Positions 1 to 11,669 of a DNA stretch of 64,000 bases are shown here, piece by piece. The position numbers and the translations under genes were made by a program. The stretch spans positions 12,958,001 to 13,022,000 of the forward strand of contig CM114271.1 of NCBI GenBank assembly GCA_050084515.1, given 5' to 3'. The first letter of the stretch is position 1. Each line of letters starts with the position of its first letter. Under the pieces are notes generated by a model. That model made no database searches. It was not told where the DNA came from and saw only the letters and a list, made by a program, of their open reading frames with translations. The DNA is from Blasia pusilla (Eukaryota).

Positions 1-61
1 AAATTCATTTCCCAAACAAGGGTACAAAGGTACGTGATCCTCTCCCACCTCTAATAACAAA

Positions 62-1800
62 TTAGCAAAAGTTTGTTGCTATGCACATAAATGAACTTCT
101 AACCTTTGTACACGTATGTTTGTCGTTAACTTCATCATATTTACATTGAGACCGTAGAGATGACCTCTTTATAATGGTTTGGATGATTTGTGGATGATCC
201 CCATGACAAACAATAAGCAATATTTGACGAATTCGAAAGTCACCACCAAATATCATGAGTTTTCTACCAAATGATACTTGTCGTAATCCAAGAGAGATCA
301 ACATCATATTATCTTGTAAAATACAATTCATTGCCTCAATTGCGTAGGGATGACTCCTTATCCCACACAAGGTTGCAGATGGATAAACTTTGTGTTTGTG
401 TGTAAGGATGCATTGCATCCTTACATCTTGATATAATTTAACCCTAAACTCCTTTTGATTTAGCTGCATCCGTGATAATCGTTCTATCTCTAGATCTATA
501 GTGGTATAGAGGTCAACCACATACTTTTGAGTAAGTCGACCAGACCAAACCCTAATAGATGATTTTTATCTTTGACACTAACCCGCATTTAGAGTCGAAA
601 ACATGCAAATTGCAAGGCCGTCACACTCTTTCTCCTTGTCTCTTGAATAATATCACTGTCAACTTTGTCCTTGATCATCCATGCAATCATCCAAAATTTC
701 ATCATGTCTCTTTCCTGACTACGTAGTGATACAATGTTTACGGTGCTCCGGAGACTTCTGAAAGGTATTCCAAGATGCTACATGCTTCACTACACACAAA
801 TAACAAAACAAAGTGTAATGGAATGTATGCTTCATTTAGGTCAAAAATATGACTTACTCCTCCTCCATGAAGTTGTACAACTATATCACGATGGTGAACT
901 TGTTCACTTCCATCATCTGATAAAATAACCGCTACCTTGGAAGCCATTCGAAAGTTATAATGCTTTGCATCAAGACCTCTCTTAATGGCCTTTAGGATCA
1001 TCCGCATACTTAGGTCACTTGCTTTGTATGCCATCGAGGAGAACATTTGCACATATGGATTATATTGGTGTAACATATCTTGAAGCCTTTTCAAGATCTC
1101 TAAATTAAGATTAGAAGATCTTGACATAACTCTTTTACGATTTTGTAATTCATTTATTGTATCATGATTGTAGAGTTGAGCAAATTGGGGCTCATCCCCA
1201 AGATCTAGATAGAAGGGACCAATAGAATGATATATCCTACTTGAATCCTAAAGTGCATAGTGCCACAAACTTGCTCATTCATATGCACTCCACAGGATGC
1301 TATTAATTGAAGTGTAGAATTGTAAGCTCGAGCATGAGTAAGAAAAGGAAGGCTTCTAGGACCAATACCATCAATCAATGATTTCAAGAAAGAAAGGGAC
1401 GATTTCAAGAGGGGAAGATTGATGCTTCTATGCCCACAACACATACCATATGGTGAGTCACAAAACTTTGTACCTCGCACTATTTCACATTTCCAATATA
1501 AAGCTCTACATGATGGGCATATTTCTATCATACAACCCAATGTAAGACGATCACTGCTAATATCACTTTCTTGGAAGTTTGGTCTCCTTGCAAGATTGAG
1601 TAATGTATTAACTTTTTCAACTCTATGAATATTTGGAGAAGGACATTTTGTTGAAGTATTTGGAATTTTTGAACTTTGTACTGGTAACACAACTCCATGA
1701 TCTATAGAAGGCATAGGATGTACTATTGAGGTTACTTCATCCTCAAGATTATAAAAAGTGGAAGTATTCTCTCCGAATTCAAGGGCAAGTACAACCACTT
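62..1800 (-). mobile_element. Helitron Rep/helicase remnant (fragmented, internally deleted)
   Basis: ORF 1205-1798 has the Helitron N-terminal CxxCxAxxW..E..CC..LP..RAYN..FRI motif. ORF 738-1127 has LQDMLHQYNPYV..YN..RDIVV..YIPLHFVLLF. ORF 62-520 has VDLYTTI..ERL..NQKEFR..LY (Helitron_like_N) followed by PIF1-type FGRKLMIFGGDFR..QIL. Confidence 0.9.
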
Positions 1801-4269
1801 CATCTTGAGGGGGGGGTAGTTATTGTATCAGGTAACTCAACTCTTGGTGTTACATAAATAGTTGGTTTAGTCATAGAAGCAATCTCGAAACATCCATGAA
1901 GTGAAATGTCGGGTTATTAAACTCTTGGCGATACATAAGTAAAAACTTGTTGCACCTAAAGTATAGAATCAACTTGAATAAATTCATCTTCTCCAACTCC
2001 AAGAGGAACTCCATGATTTTCTTCTACCATAACCTCATCCTCACATAATGACCTCTCATAAAATTGAAAGTTTATAAGAATTAGGAAGAACACCAATATA
2101 AATGTTAAAGGGTTAGAAGCAAAGATGTAGAAAAAGGGAGCGGTTCGAATATCACCTTATAAATGGACTTCCATTATTTGAAATCTTGGCATTTGGAATA
2201 GTTGGAATCGTCTCTACTACCAAAGTAGATGTAGGTTGAACTTGTAGCACTTTCCTTCTTCTCTTGTAATTCTTTTTTTGCATGAAAATTTCCCTTTAGT
2301 CTCACGAATGGGTCATTTTCATTTTTTGGCTTAATCATGCAAAACCTTACAAAAATTACGTACATCGATAGGATTTGATGGAATTGGAAGTCTTCAACAA
2401 CATGGGAATGTCAAATGAGTGCACCCATATTTGAGGTAGGAATATATTGATATTGGGAATGATCATGATTGGAATGAACTTATGTTAGAGATGTTTCAAT
2501 GGTGGTCTTGATGCAGGGTGCTAGGTCACACCCTCCATCAAGGCATACGTCTTGCTTTTGCAACTCATATCTCACTATTAAGCCCACTAGGGTTTTGATG
2601 GTCTAAGTTGGCGCTCATTTGGTCATGAGGGTTGTTTCATCTCGCCAATGATCCAAACGAGATGCAAAAGGTTAAAGCGGTGCTATCTTTTTTAAGAAGG
2701 GGACTTGCATTTAAGCATGTTCAAATAGTTGAGGAGCCACTGTTATACCTCAAGTTCTATCAATATTGGGAGGGAGTGTAGAGAGGATTTTACCAAGAAA
2801 AGGGAGGAGCAAGGTCTAGCAAACCAAATGCAAACCTTGTTCCCAAAGTTTTTCTTACAAGGAAATAACAGATGAGGAGGAGAGAGCACAAGAGCGGAAG
2901 AGGAGGAGTAAGAGGAAGAGCATAAGAAAAATTTGGAGCAAGAGCATGATTTTCTATAGCAAATGAGACACAAGAAAGAGTTCAGGAAGGAAGAAGAAAC
3001 AAAACCAACAGGTCTCAAAGATCAACCTCCACCTCCACCTCTAGAGAGCATCGCAAAGAAAGCAATTACCATAAAAGGAAATAAAGAAGGAAGGGGAGAA
3101 AGTAAATGAGAGAAGAAGAGGACCAAGCCAAGAAAGTCTTAGTTGAGCTCCACTTGAGAACCATGTATCCAATGGGGGAGTGGGTCTCTATAGACTAAAA
3201 GAGGATCTAGAAGCATTTGGATCCAATGTGGAGAGGCTATGTCCTATGTGAAGGTGTGAAGAGAAGCAAGAGGTTGGATGTGGAGGTGGAAGTGAGGGAA
3301 GAGTGAGCCAACGGCTCAAAGATAGCCAACACCTTCATCAAGGAGAAAATGGTTACTATCTAAGATAGGAGGAACTACAAGAAAAGGCTAGTGCTGAAGA
3401 TGAAGAAGGATGGAGAGTACAACAAGCCACTTGGTATGGACAAGAAGACCTTTGAGGCAATAGTCAAAAACCTAGAGGCCCGAGACCATACCCCCATAGC
3501 AAGGAGGCTCCCAAGGGGAATGGTTGGGAGCAGCAAGCGCCAAAAGGAAGAAAAGACTAATGTCTTTGGCCAAATAGGATTTGTTGCCTTTGTGGGAAGA
3601 TTTGGAATGAGCCTTGCTATTTTTCAATTTTCTTTTTGGGATTCAACGCTCTAATTTTTTGTAATTTTATGACTTGTAAGACATAATAAAGTGACCCCTT
3701 AATTACCAACGCCTTCACGATGTCTCCACTTGTAAATAGCTTAACCCCATGTTAGACATTGTAAGACTATAGCAACATGTCATTTATGACATTGCAACGT
3801 TGTAACTTATAATGACAGTCTAGGGGTGTTTTTAGGGGCCCATTTACACGATATGACTTTCATACACATATCGTGTTTGGAAATAAATCTGGTTTCTATG
3901 AGTCAACTTCACAACTTAAAAAGGAGGGGGCTTTACCTTGTGAAAAAGGATAAATCCATAATAGTCACCCTATAGGCATTTATTGCAAGACCGGGCAGCT
4001 TGGACACAGGCGGGCAAGAGAGAGGGATCTAACAAAAGGAGGAGATTGGGCAAGTTTGAACTTGACCTACTGCGTCTGCAAGGCATGATCGACCTCACTA
4101 GCCTAGCATTATTTCTTGGTGAGATTAAGGGGCTGTGTTATTTAGTTATGAAATAATGTTTTATTATGTGCTTGGATCTTCTGCGCGCTATAGCTAACCC
4201 TACGTTCAATAAATGCATGCAGGGTGACTCTTATGTGCTTCGATATGTTTATGATATCGTGAATTGCTA

Positions 4270-4745
4270 CAAAGATCCATTTGGAAACTTGATGTCCATA
4301 TTTTCTTGTCCCCTCAATCTTTATTATCTCATAGATAAACCTTTCCCAAATCTTCTTGAAAACAATTTTTCATTTCTTTTCGGCTTGGGCATGTATGAAA
4401 TGAAGCATCTATTTTCAATACTCAATGCTCTCTAGAGATAGGATTAGGGCAACATGAATTTTATCTCATGTAATATTTGAATATGTTTTTTCTCTTCATT
4501 TCCATCTTCACTCTTGTTGAGGGAACAACTCTTCTTGAAATGCCCTCTCTTATCATGATTCCAACACTCGATAGTCCTTTTCCTAACTTTAGATTCCCTC
4601 TGATGGATTTAGTTCCACCCTTTTCTAAACCCCTTTTGGAATTCCTTCTTAGGTCGTCAACATTTGAGGTAAAGCTTGAAGCATACTTGATTTCCTATGA
4701 TCTTATTCACTCAACACCAACCTCAACGAATCCTAACACTTCAAA
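4270..4745 (-). pseudogene. Ty1/Copia gag C-terminus and protease fragment
   Basis: Manual minus-strand translation across frameshifts gives LVLSE*DHRK, a zinc knuckle IECWNHDKRGHFKKSC, then DASFHTC..DLGKVYL..IKFPNGS (Tnt1-like protease region). Confidence 0.7.
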
Positions 4746-7700
4746 TAAGAAGTTTCCACCGTGACCAAGCAATTTCAACTTTACGCAAATAAGATAAGAT
4801 CAACAATGCTACGATTTCATAAGATGAACGAGATAAGAAAGATATATCACTAGGAAGATGATCCATATCTTCAGACCAAGATCTGTGCCGAGCATATTCT
4901 GCGTTGTGAATTATTATTGCAAGTTTAGAATCAGGAGACTGTGGATGCACTAACATGTGATCATCGCTATGTATGTATGCTAGCGATTGGCAATTGAAAG
5001 AGTCAGGCATCAACGAGACCGCGTCGATTTAAATCATGCATAGTGTATGAGCGCAAGCATAAGGTAAGTGAGTCGAATGGACAGGCAGAACACAGAGAAA
5101 TTCAAATTATTTACATAGAAAAAGTCTCGAGCTCCATCATATTAAGGAGGAGATTGAGAATCCTTGATTCATGAAGTTTTCCTGCTGTTGATACGTGAGT
5201 GGTGACGTAGATGCTAAGAAACGCTGAGCTATATTTCGAATTAAACCCTTCCTTCAGAGATAGATAAATTTGATTAGGCAGGTTGACATCTGTTGCAGAG
5301 CGCTAGCTAGCATCTGGTCCTGAATAGAAAACCCTTTAAAGGCTGTGAGATCAGATTGATCCTTTTTGTCTGGGTAGATGCGGTCCTACAAAACCAGGCA
5401 GGCTGCGAATGTGATATAGTGGCTTCTCTGAGCAGCAGACCCTTAGAACTTGTCATTTGGTGTATGTAACTCGGTCTGAAATCTCGGGAAAGACCACAGA
5501 CTAGAACACTGAGGTGAAGAATGCTCAAGTGAATCAACGATGACACCTACCCTATCCTTGCGTCGCTAGTCTGTGAATAAGGTGAGGTGATAAGGTGAGG
5601 TGAGATGACTTTTGTCGAATGGTGGGTGGACATCTGCCACCCATATAGTATGTCTCTGTCCTGGCTAAACATAAATAAATTCTTGAAAGTTGTAAACAGA
5701 TTCAAGTTTCCACAGGTTTCTCTTTCCATGCTGAAATAGTGGGGGCGAAAAGATGTGATTGCAAAGAACACTCACGATTTTGACATCAAAACCTTTTGAG
5801 ACCAGAACATGAAGATTCCTTCTAAAGTGTAAGCGATCGGGAAACACTTGCAAACGAGAAATCTGTGTCTAGACGATATAGAGTTTTCAGCGGAGCGCTA
5901 TTTTCACGCCATTCCTTCTGGAGACTAGAGTTTTTCTATTTTGAAGCATTCAGGAGTTGGAAAACAGTAAACGTTTCTTCAACCCTTCACCTTGATTTAA
6001 AAGGTTTGGAATATGTTCCAAACAATTTAGACAGAAGTACTCTATTACTATAGTGGTAGTCAGAACGACGTCGGTCCGAATGCCCTGCTGCCAATATAGA
6101 TCGACTGCGATGGGGTCAAGGATAGGAGATGGGATAGGAAATGTTGGAAATCAAGTCAGGTTGCCAGAGATCCCAGATCGTACTCGGTGCATCTTTGAGG
6201 TCTTGCGGCACTCTACTTTCTTGCCATGATTGTTGACATCGGATGCCCAGCCAGCTACCGAAGAGGCGTGGCTGATAGATGTAGCTGGAAACTCTCGCAT
6301 TGATGTTGTTTGTCGTGCAGCTGGATAGAGTAGAGGCCAAATTTGATCAATCATGGATCCATATGATGACGCTACCTTGAAACTCGGGAAAGTTGGAGAG
6401 AGCACACGCACTGGTACGCTATTCGTCAGTGAACTGAATCGTCAAAAGGTTGTGGTTGAACTTTTTCTGCTCAAGGTGTTTGAATACTCCGACCCGGCAA
6501 GCAGTACTCGAGGCGTTTATGTTTAAAAAGCAATTCATTCATAGACCGAGGACGTATTGAAGTGGAGACCACAAATCAAAAGCAGTAAGCGATTTCATAG
6601 TTGGTCTTACCAACTACGGAGATTACGACTTATCACCGGAATGATGAAGCCCTACGGTCTCGTGATCACTCAATTGATCTGTTCGCATGGTGATGTCAAC
6701 TGTCGTGCGGTCTCAACTCAATTAGTTGATAACGCAGGCCAATTGATGGCCTTGATATCTCCGTTCTTATAGAGGACCGAGTCAGGCTCTCTAAAGAATC
6801 CTTGGACTGGAGATCAACCGATGATTCTTCGGTCACGATAAGGACGAGATTCACTTACGGTCAGTTGAAATATCAAGCACGGGCGCTTCGTTCGATGGAC
6901 CCGTAGGTGCGAGCTTGTTGGAGCCTTTCGATTCACTGTGAGAAAGCCGACTTCATCTTTTGAGGTTTATTGGCTTTACGATGAGACCAGATCGAGAGCG
7001 GAGGTCCTAGACCGAATCAGTGCCTGAAGCTGCAAGTGGGGACCATGCCACCTTGAGGGTATGACGTCAAAGCGCGGTGGTTGTCAGTACAAAAGTTGTT
7101 CGCGTTTCTGTGAATGATCTATTTGTACGCGTACCGAGGCATTACAGGGAATTGAGGCTTGTCTATGGGTTGATGATCCAGAGTTCAGCTCGAAGAGTTC
7201 CGCAGCAGCATTCATGTCTCCAACCGAAAACTAGAAGACATGATGCTCGGATGCTGTCTCGTCTCTACGTCCAGGACTCCAGGCGTGCTTTTGGAACGTA
7301 CGAGTAGATGTGGGTGAGCCGGAACTTCTTGGTAGCCTACATTACATACGATGGAGTGCTAACTTGGATGATTGTTCATGGGCATCGGAAGATGTGCACC
7401 TGTAGCGATGTGGCTGTTGAACTTCTTAAAAAGACTCCAACGGTTGAAGTTTCGAGCCCACTTGTTGTGCGGGCAGTTTATTAGAACTTCCGGAATGGAC
7501 ATGTCTGCTATCCATCTTGGCTTAGTTATCCTTCTTGCAATGCTCACGATGATCTAGCAGATCCAAAGCAACGTGTTCCAGAGTTTAACAACCCCGAACT
7601 AAAGAGCTTTTCATGAGCAGTCCACAAAATTTGGCTTCTAGCTCTGATCACCGAAGGCACGTACTTGTAAAAGAGCTGCTCAGCACTGTGAAGCAGTCGT

Positions 7701-10202
7701 CGATAAGATGAGAATAGGGTAACCTTAAGTTGCATCCTCCCGATCAAGTTCATCAAAAGCAGGATCAAAATGTGAAGCTAGTATCTAAACTAATAAAAAA
7801 TTTGCTATTGGGAGAATGTCGACTTCTCTGTCAGATCAAGTACTGCGCGAACACACAGTTCTCAACATGCTGATGCCCTCCCATTACGTACTTGTACTTA
7901 TGTGCCTGCCATTGGGTAGCTCTACCCTATCCTGGAAGTTAGATCGGCAGTCTAAGATGCATATAGAACTACTTGGTCTTCTTGAACATGGATGGGCCCA
8001 CAACCGCAAAATGCAACGTTTTGAGCTTTAAAATATTTCTGGGAGGTACGTCATGATGTGCAGGTGCCGAAATGACCATATGTATCATAAGTGCAAGACA
8101 CGACACTCTTGGAATCAATAGCCGGTCCATGGACCTGAGTTGCCACAGGTAAAGTGGGATATGAGCGTTCGAGGTTGAAGGTTCTCCAGATGTTCTGGTG
8201 ATGATGTCAACTGGTAAGTGATCAGTTGCATTTGACGCCACTGCCAGGGAGCGCTGGACAAAAAGAGAGGGTAGTTGAGTCGTGATCCAAGCGCAGGACT
8301 TCCCGCCGCGATTAATACAAATTCCGATTCGTGGTCTATATTCTGCCAGATCGACTTTCGTTTCTAGAATCGTTGTACTTGTAGTGCACAAACAAAATTA
8401 CAAATGCAACAAAGTGGACGAGGATCCTTTGCCAGTAGTGATGTGAAATACTGAGTATTCGATCTCTTTTCCAGGACATCGAGAAGTGGTCATTGAAATG
8501 CGTCGTGAATTCATAGCTTTGAGGTTGGTGGAATTTAATAGGTTGCTGCCTTCCAAGGAAATGGGAGAGCCGGTCCGGTTGTAAGAAAGTTCTGCTGCAT
8601 TGCTACAGAGACCATGGCACGCTTCCCCATTCGAATGCCTGTAGTTCCGTCACAATGAGCTCTGCAGAGTACAAATTACTTTCGAACGTGCGGTGTGTAT
8701 TCCGCTGGACATCGTTCGCTCATCTTTTCGGAACAGTCTACTTATCAGAAATAAAAACAGTTGGATGTAGTCGCCCAAAGATGGGATGGCTGATCGATTC
8801 ATATGTGTACTACAGATGGTCATGAGTAGAGCTGACGTCTATGCCAGTTCCATGAGCGAGGTCTTACTTAATGCTTGCACTCCAGAGAGCTTTTAACTTG
8901 TGTCCGGAGACAAAAGTGGAACTTGAGCGGACGTCAATTTCTTCCATGGTCCTGTTTTCACCGAAGAATTCCAAGCACATTTATATTTTTGACACTCATT
9001 TATTCGCAGGAACTGTTGCAATCCTCGAACCATGAGAACCATGCCTACGCCTGGCCCATGCAATTTAATCTTCTCCGCCCTGAATCGTGACGGTTGGAAT
9101 CAGACGTTGAGTATTGTAATTATTATGTGTAGCCGCATGCACATGAACCATGGTCCCTTCGAAGAAATTATCGATTGATCCAGCTAGCAGCTACAGCCGT
9201 GGACGGCGGTTCGGTGCACGCAAGCTGAAGATCTATCTATCTCTTCATCTTTAATTAATGGAATGATCAGGACTCGGCGAATGTAAATGTCTCGCTGCCA
9301 GAAAACTGTACTTCGCACAAACAAAAGATCGTAACAGTACAGTTCCCAAAAAGGTGGAACATATTATGATCCATCTCTTGCTTGCATAAGCCAGCGCCGG
9401 TGTTGCGGTCGTCAGCTCCCAGCAAATCATGGGTGGAGCAGTAGGTGCCTCCAGAATGAGTACGTCGCTCCTTACCAACCACGAACTTGTGTGAAATGGT
9501 CGATTTGCACGGTGAGATGGACACTCGGTGTGCGATATTCCTTGCTGCTGACTCCTGGAGGGAATCAATTCCAAATGGTGAACGTCGCCTCGGAATTCGA
9601 AAGGGTGCAGCTACAGATGCTTCTTTAGTTTCTCCGAATTGGAGTAGGGTATTGGCCAATAGGTGAGCGATGTACAAAAAGTTCTCCTCAATCTCACTAA
9701 TCACTAACTCGAAGCTGACGACAGATCGTAGAGCGGCTCCAGCATCCCGTACAGCTATGATCGTCTCGCGCATCGCTATCGCGATGACGTTTCCGATAGG
9801 TTATTGTTGTTCACTTGCATCTGTATTGCTTTTCACGTGGAGGTACTTTGAATATATCAATGTGAAGCCGGTTGCTATCATACCTCAACTGCCATAACAA
9901 AATCATGCCCTTCTTGGGTCCCCCGACGACAATTCTATTAACTCCATTCAGTGATTTACTCTACCTCCCTTTTCGGATCTATAGTCGGAAGGCTACCAAA
10001 GACACTACTTTTTAAGTGCAGACTCTCCGTTGCTTGAAAAACCAGTTGAAGTTGAAGTTTACATGGACTTCTTTCTTAAGCCACAAAAGGATCGGAACAC
10101 AATCCAAATCCTGGAAACTTTGTGACGATGGGAACGAGAGTACTAGTCGTTAGCTGGTCACCCGTAAGAAACGAAAGAGCGATAAAGTTAATTTACTCTC
10201 AA

Positions 10203-10472
10203 ATTGCCAAGCTGGTGGCAACAGAGCGGTTTGTGACATTGAACATTAACTTACAATCTCTGCCCAAAGCTGCTGCACTGGTTGTAGGGTAGTTTGTATT
10301 GTGAAGAGGTTCTTGGCAGACATTTGGACTCAGGAACCTCTGCACTGCTACTATGAGAATCACTCACGATCACTACGAGGATGTCTTCCTCCTCTCAAAA
10401 TTTTTTTGACTTCATTTCTTCACTAGCACTGTTTGACTAGGTTACCATGGGCACTAATTAACGAGTCCAGTT
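10203..10472 (+). mobile_element. Older 3' fragment of the same non-LTR retrotransposon family as 10503-15229
   Basis: Colinear similarity to 14897-15228: TGCCCAAAGCTGCTGCACTGGT is identical, GTGAAGAG-TTCTTGG is shared, and GGCACTAATTAACGAGTCCAGT matches GGCACTACTTAATGAGTACAGT. Confidence 0.85.
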
Positions 10473-10479
10473 TGTTTCC

Positions 10480-10512
10480 CTCTCTCTCTCTCCATCTTGG
10501 AGAGAGAGAGAG
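10480..10512. repeat. Perfect 15-bp-stem inverted repeat of TC/GA microsatellite
   Basis: CTCTCTCTCTCTCCA-TCT-TGGAGAGAGAGAGAG, read directly. Confidence 0.9.
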
Positions 10513-11028
10513 AGAGTCGGCCTGGTTGGGTTTAAACCCCAAAACTACAAGTCCCGACAGGCCTGGTATGTTGGGACGACATGTTCTAAAGCAGTGCTCC
10601 TGGGTAGCTTATAATGAGTGAACCGCGTGCAAGCAATATAGCAATACTCTCTGTCGAGTTGCCCATTGCTGTAGTTGGAACCTGCAGTGAGCTTGCGATG
10701 TCGTTCCCCTGGTTGGTAGGTGTGGATTAGTGTGTCCTGTAATCCATGTGACTTGCGGCAGTTGTGCCACAAGTAAGGTGTCCAGTGGACTTAGTTGGAG
10801 AAATGGAGACCTCTCCTTCTTTTGAAGCTGGATTCACGGGCCCTCCTCTGCAGCTTAATGCCAGGGCTGTTCACCTTGGCAGCTAGTGATGATCTCTGGG
10901 GGTAACAAGCGGGCTCTCTTTGGGCATCCTGCCGCTTGGAGGCAGCCCCTCCGCACAAATAGGACAGCGAGTCCCTGTCTGGACTCTCGGGCTGGGAGCT
11001 TAAACATTCTCCCCAGATCCTAAATCAG

Positions 11029-11640
11029 TTGTTTGCCAAACCTCTTCATATAATCAGCGGCCTTGAGCCCAATATATCTCAGTCCTCCCAAGCTTGTGAG
11101 GAGTATCAGTTCACCTATCAAAGGCGCATACCAAAGCCCACCATCCCCAAGCTGGGTGGGGAATACCGGCATGTTTATGTGAGACGCTCAAAGGCCCCCT
11201 GGAGTTCGGATCTGGGCAGCGAGTTCAATCTGGTCTACAGGAGGAGACCACGGTTCCACATGATCATTTTCGGTGTACGTCCCACAATAGACTTTGTCTC
11301 ATTTAAGATCATGTGCGCAGCTTTGGGCTTTGAATTCCTGGCTACTACTGGGGTTACTCGGATGATGAACGGCAATCAATTTATCTTCAAGACGTCTATC
11401 AAGGGCAGAGGAGGACAATACTTGGCTTGCCACAAAAACCAGGTGTCTCAAGATCTGACATGTGCCTACAACTGGAGGGCTATGGTAGTCGAGGGTGGTT
11501 CCAGCTTGAAGGAAAGGCCCATCTCCACAAAACCGCTGGTGATCTACACACCTAATATCTTTAGTGTTCTCCAAGGGACCAGCGATGAAGAGCCTGCACA
11601 TGAAGAGGTTCCATGTCTTAGCAGCTACACCGACGCCTAA
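11029..11640 (+). CDS. Putative LINE ORF1 (start uncertain)
   Basis: 203-aa ORF directly upstream of ORF2 on the same strand; contains an NIFSVL motif of the kind seen in LINE ORF1s; no named domain recognised. Confidence 0.55.
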   Translation: MFAKPLHIISGLEPNISQSSQACEEYQFTYQRRIPKPTIPKLGGEYRHVYVRRSKAPWSSDLGSEFNLVYRRRPRFHMIIFGVRPTIDFVSFKIMCAALGFEFLATTGVTRMMNGNQFIFKTSIKGRGGQYLACHKNQVSQDLTCAYNWRAMVVEGGSSLKERPISTKPLVIYTPNIFSVLQGTSDEEPAHEEVPCLSSYTDA

Positions 11641-11669
11641 AAAGCGTGCCGCCGATCCCCAACCCACTT

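Noticed and set aside
2360-3654. Purine-rich, Lys/Glu-rich short ORFs
   Set aside because: Probably TE-derived, but no diagnostic motif was recognised.
6320-6413. Apparent AG..GT-bounded exon
   Set aside because: All three frames contain stops and no neighbouring exons could be linked.
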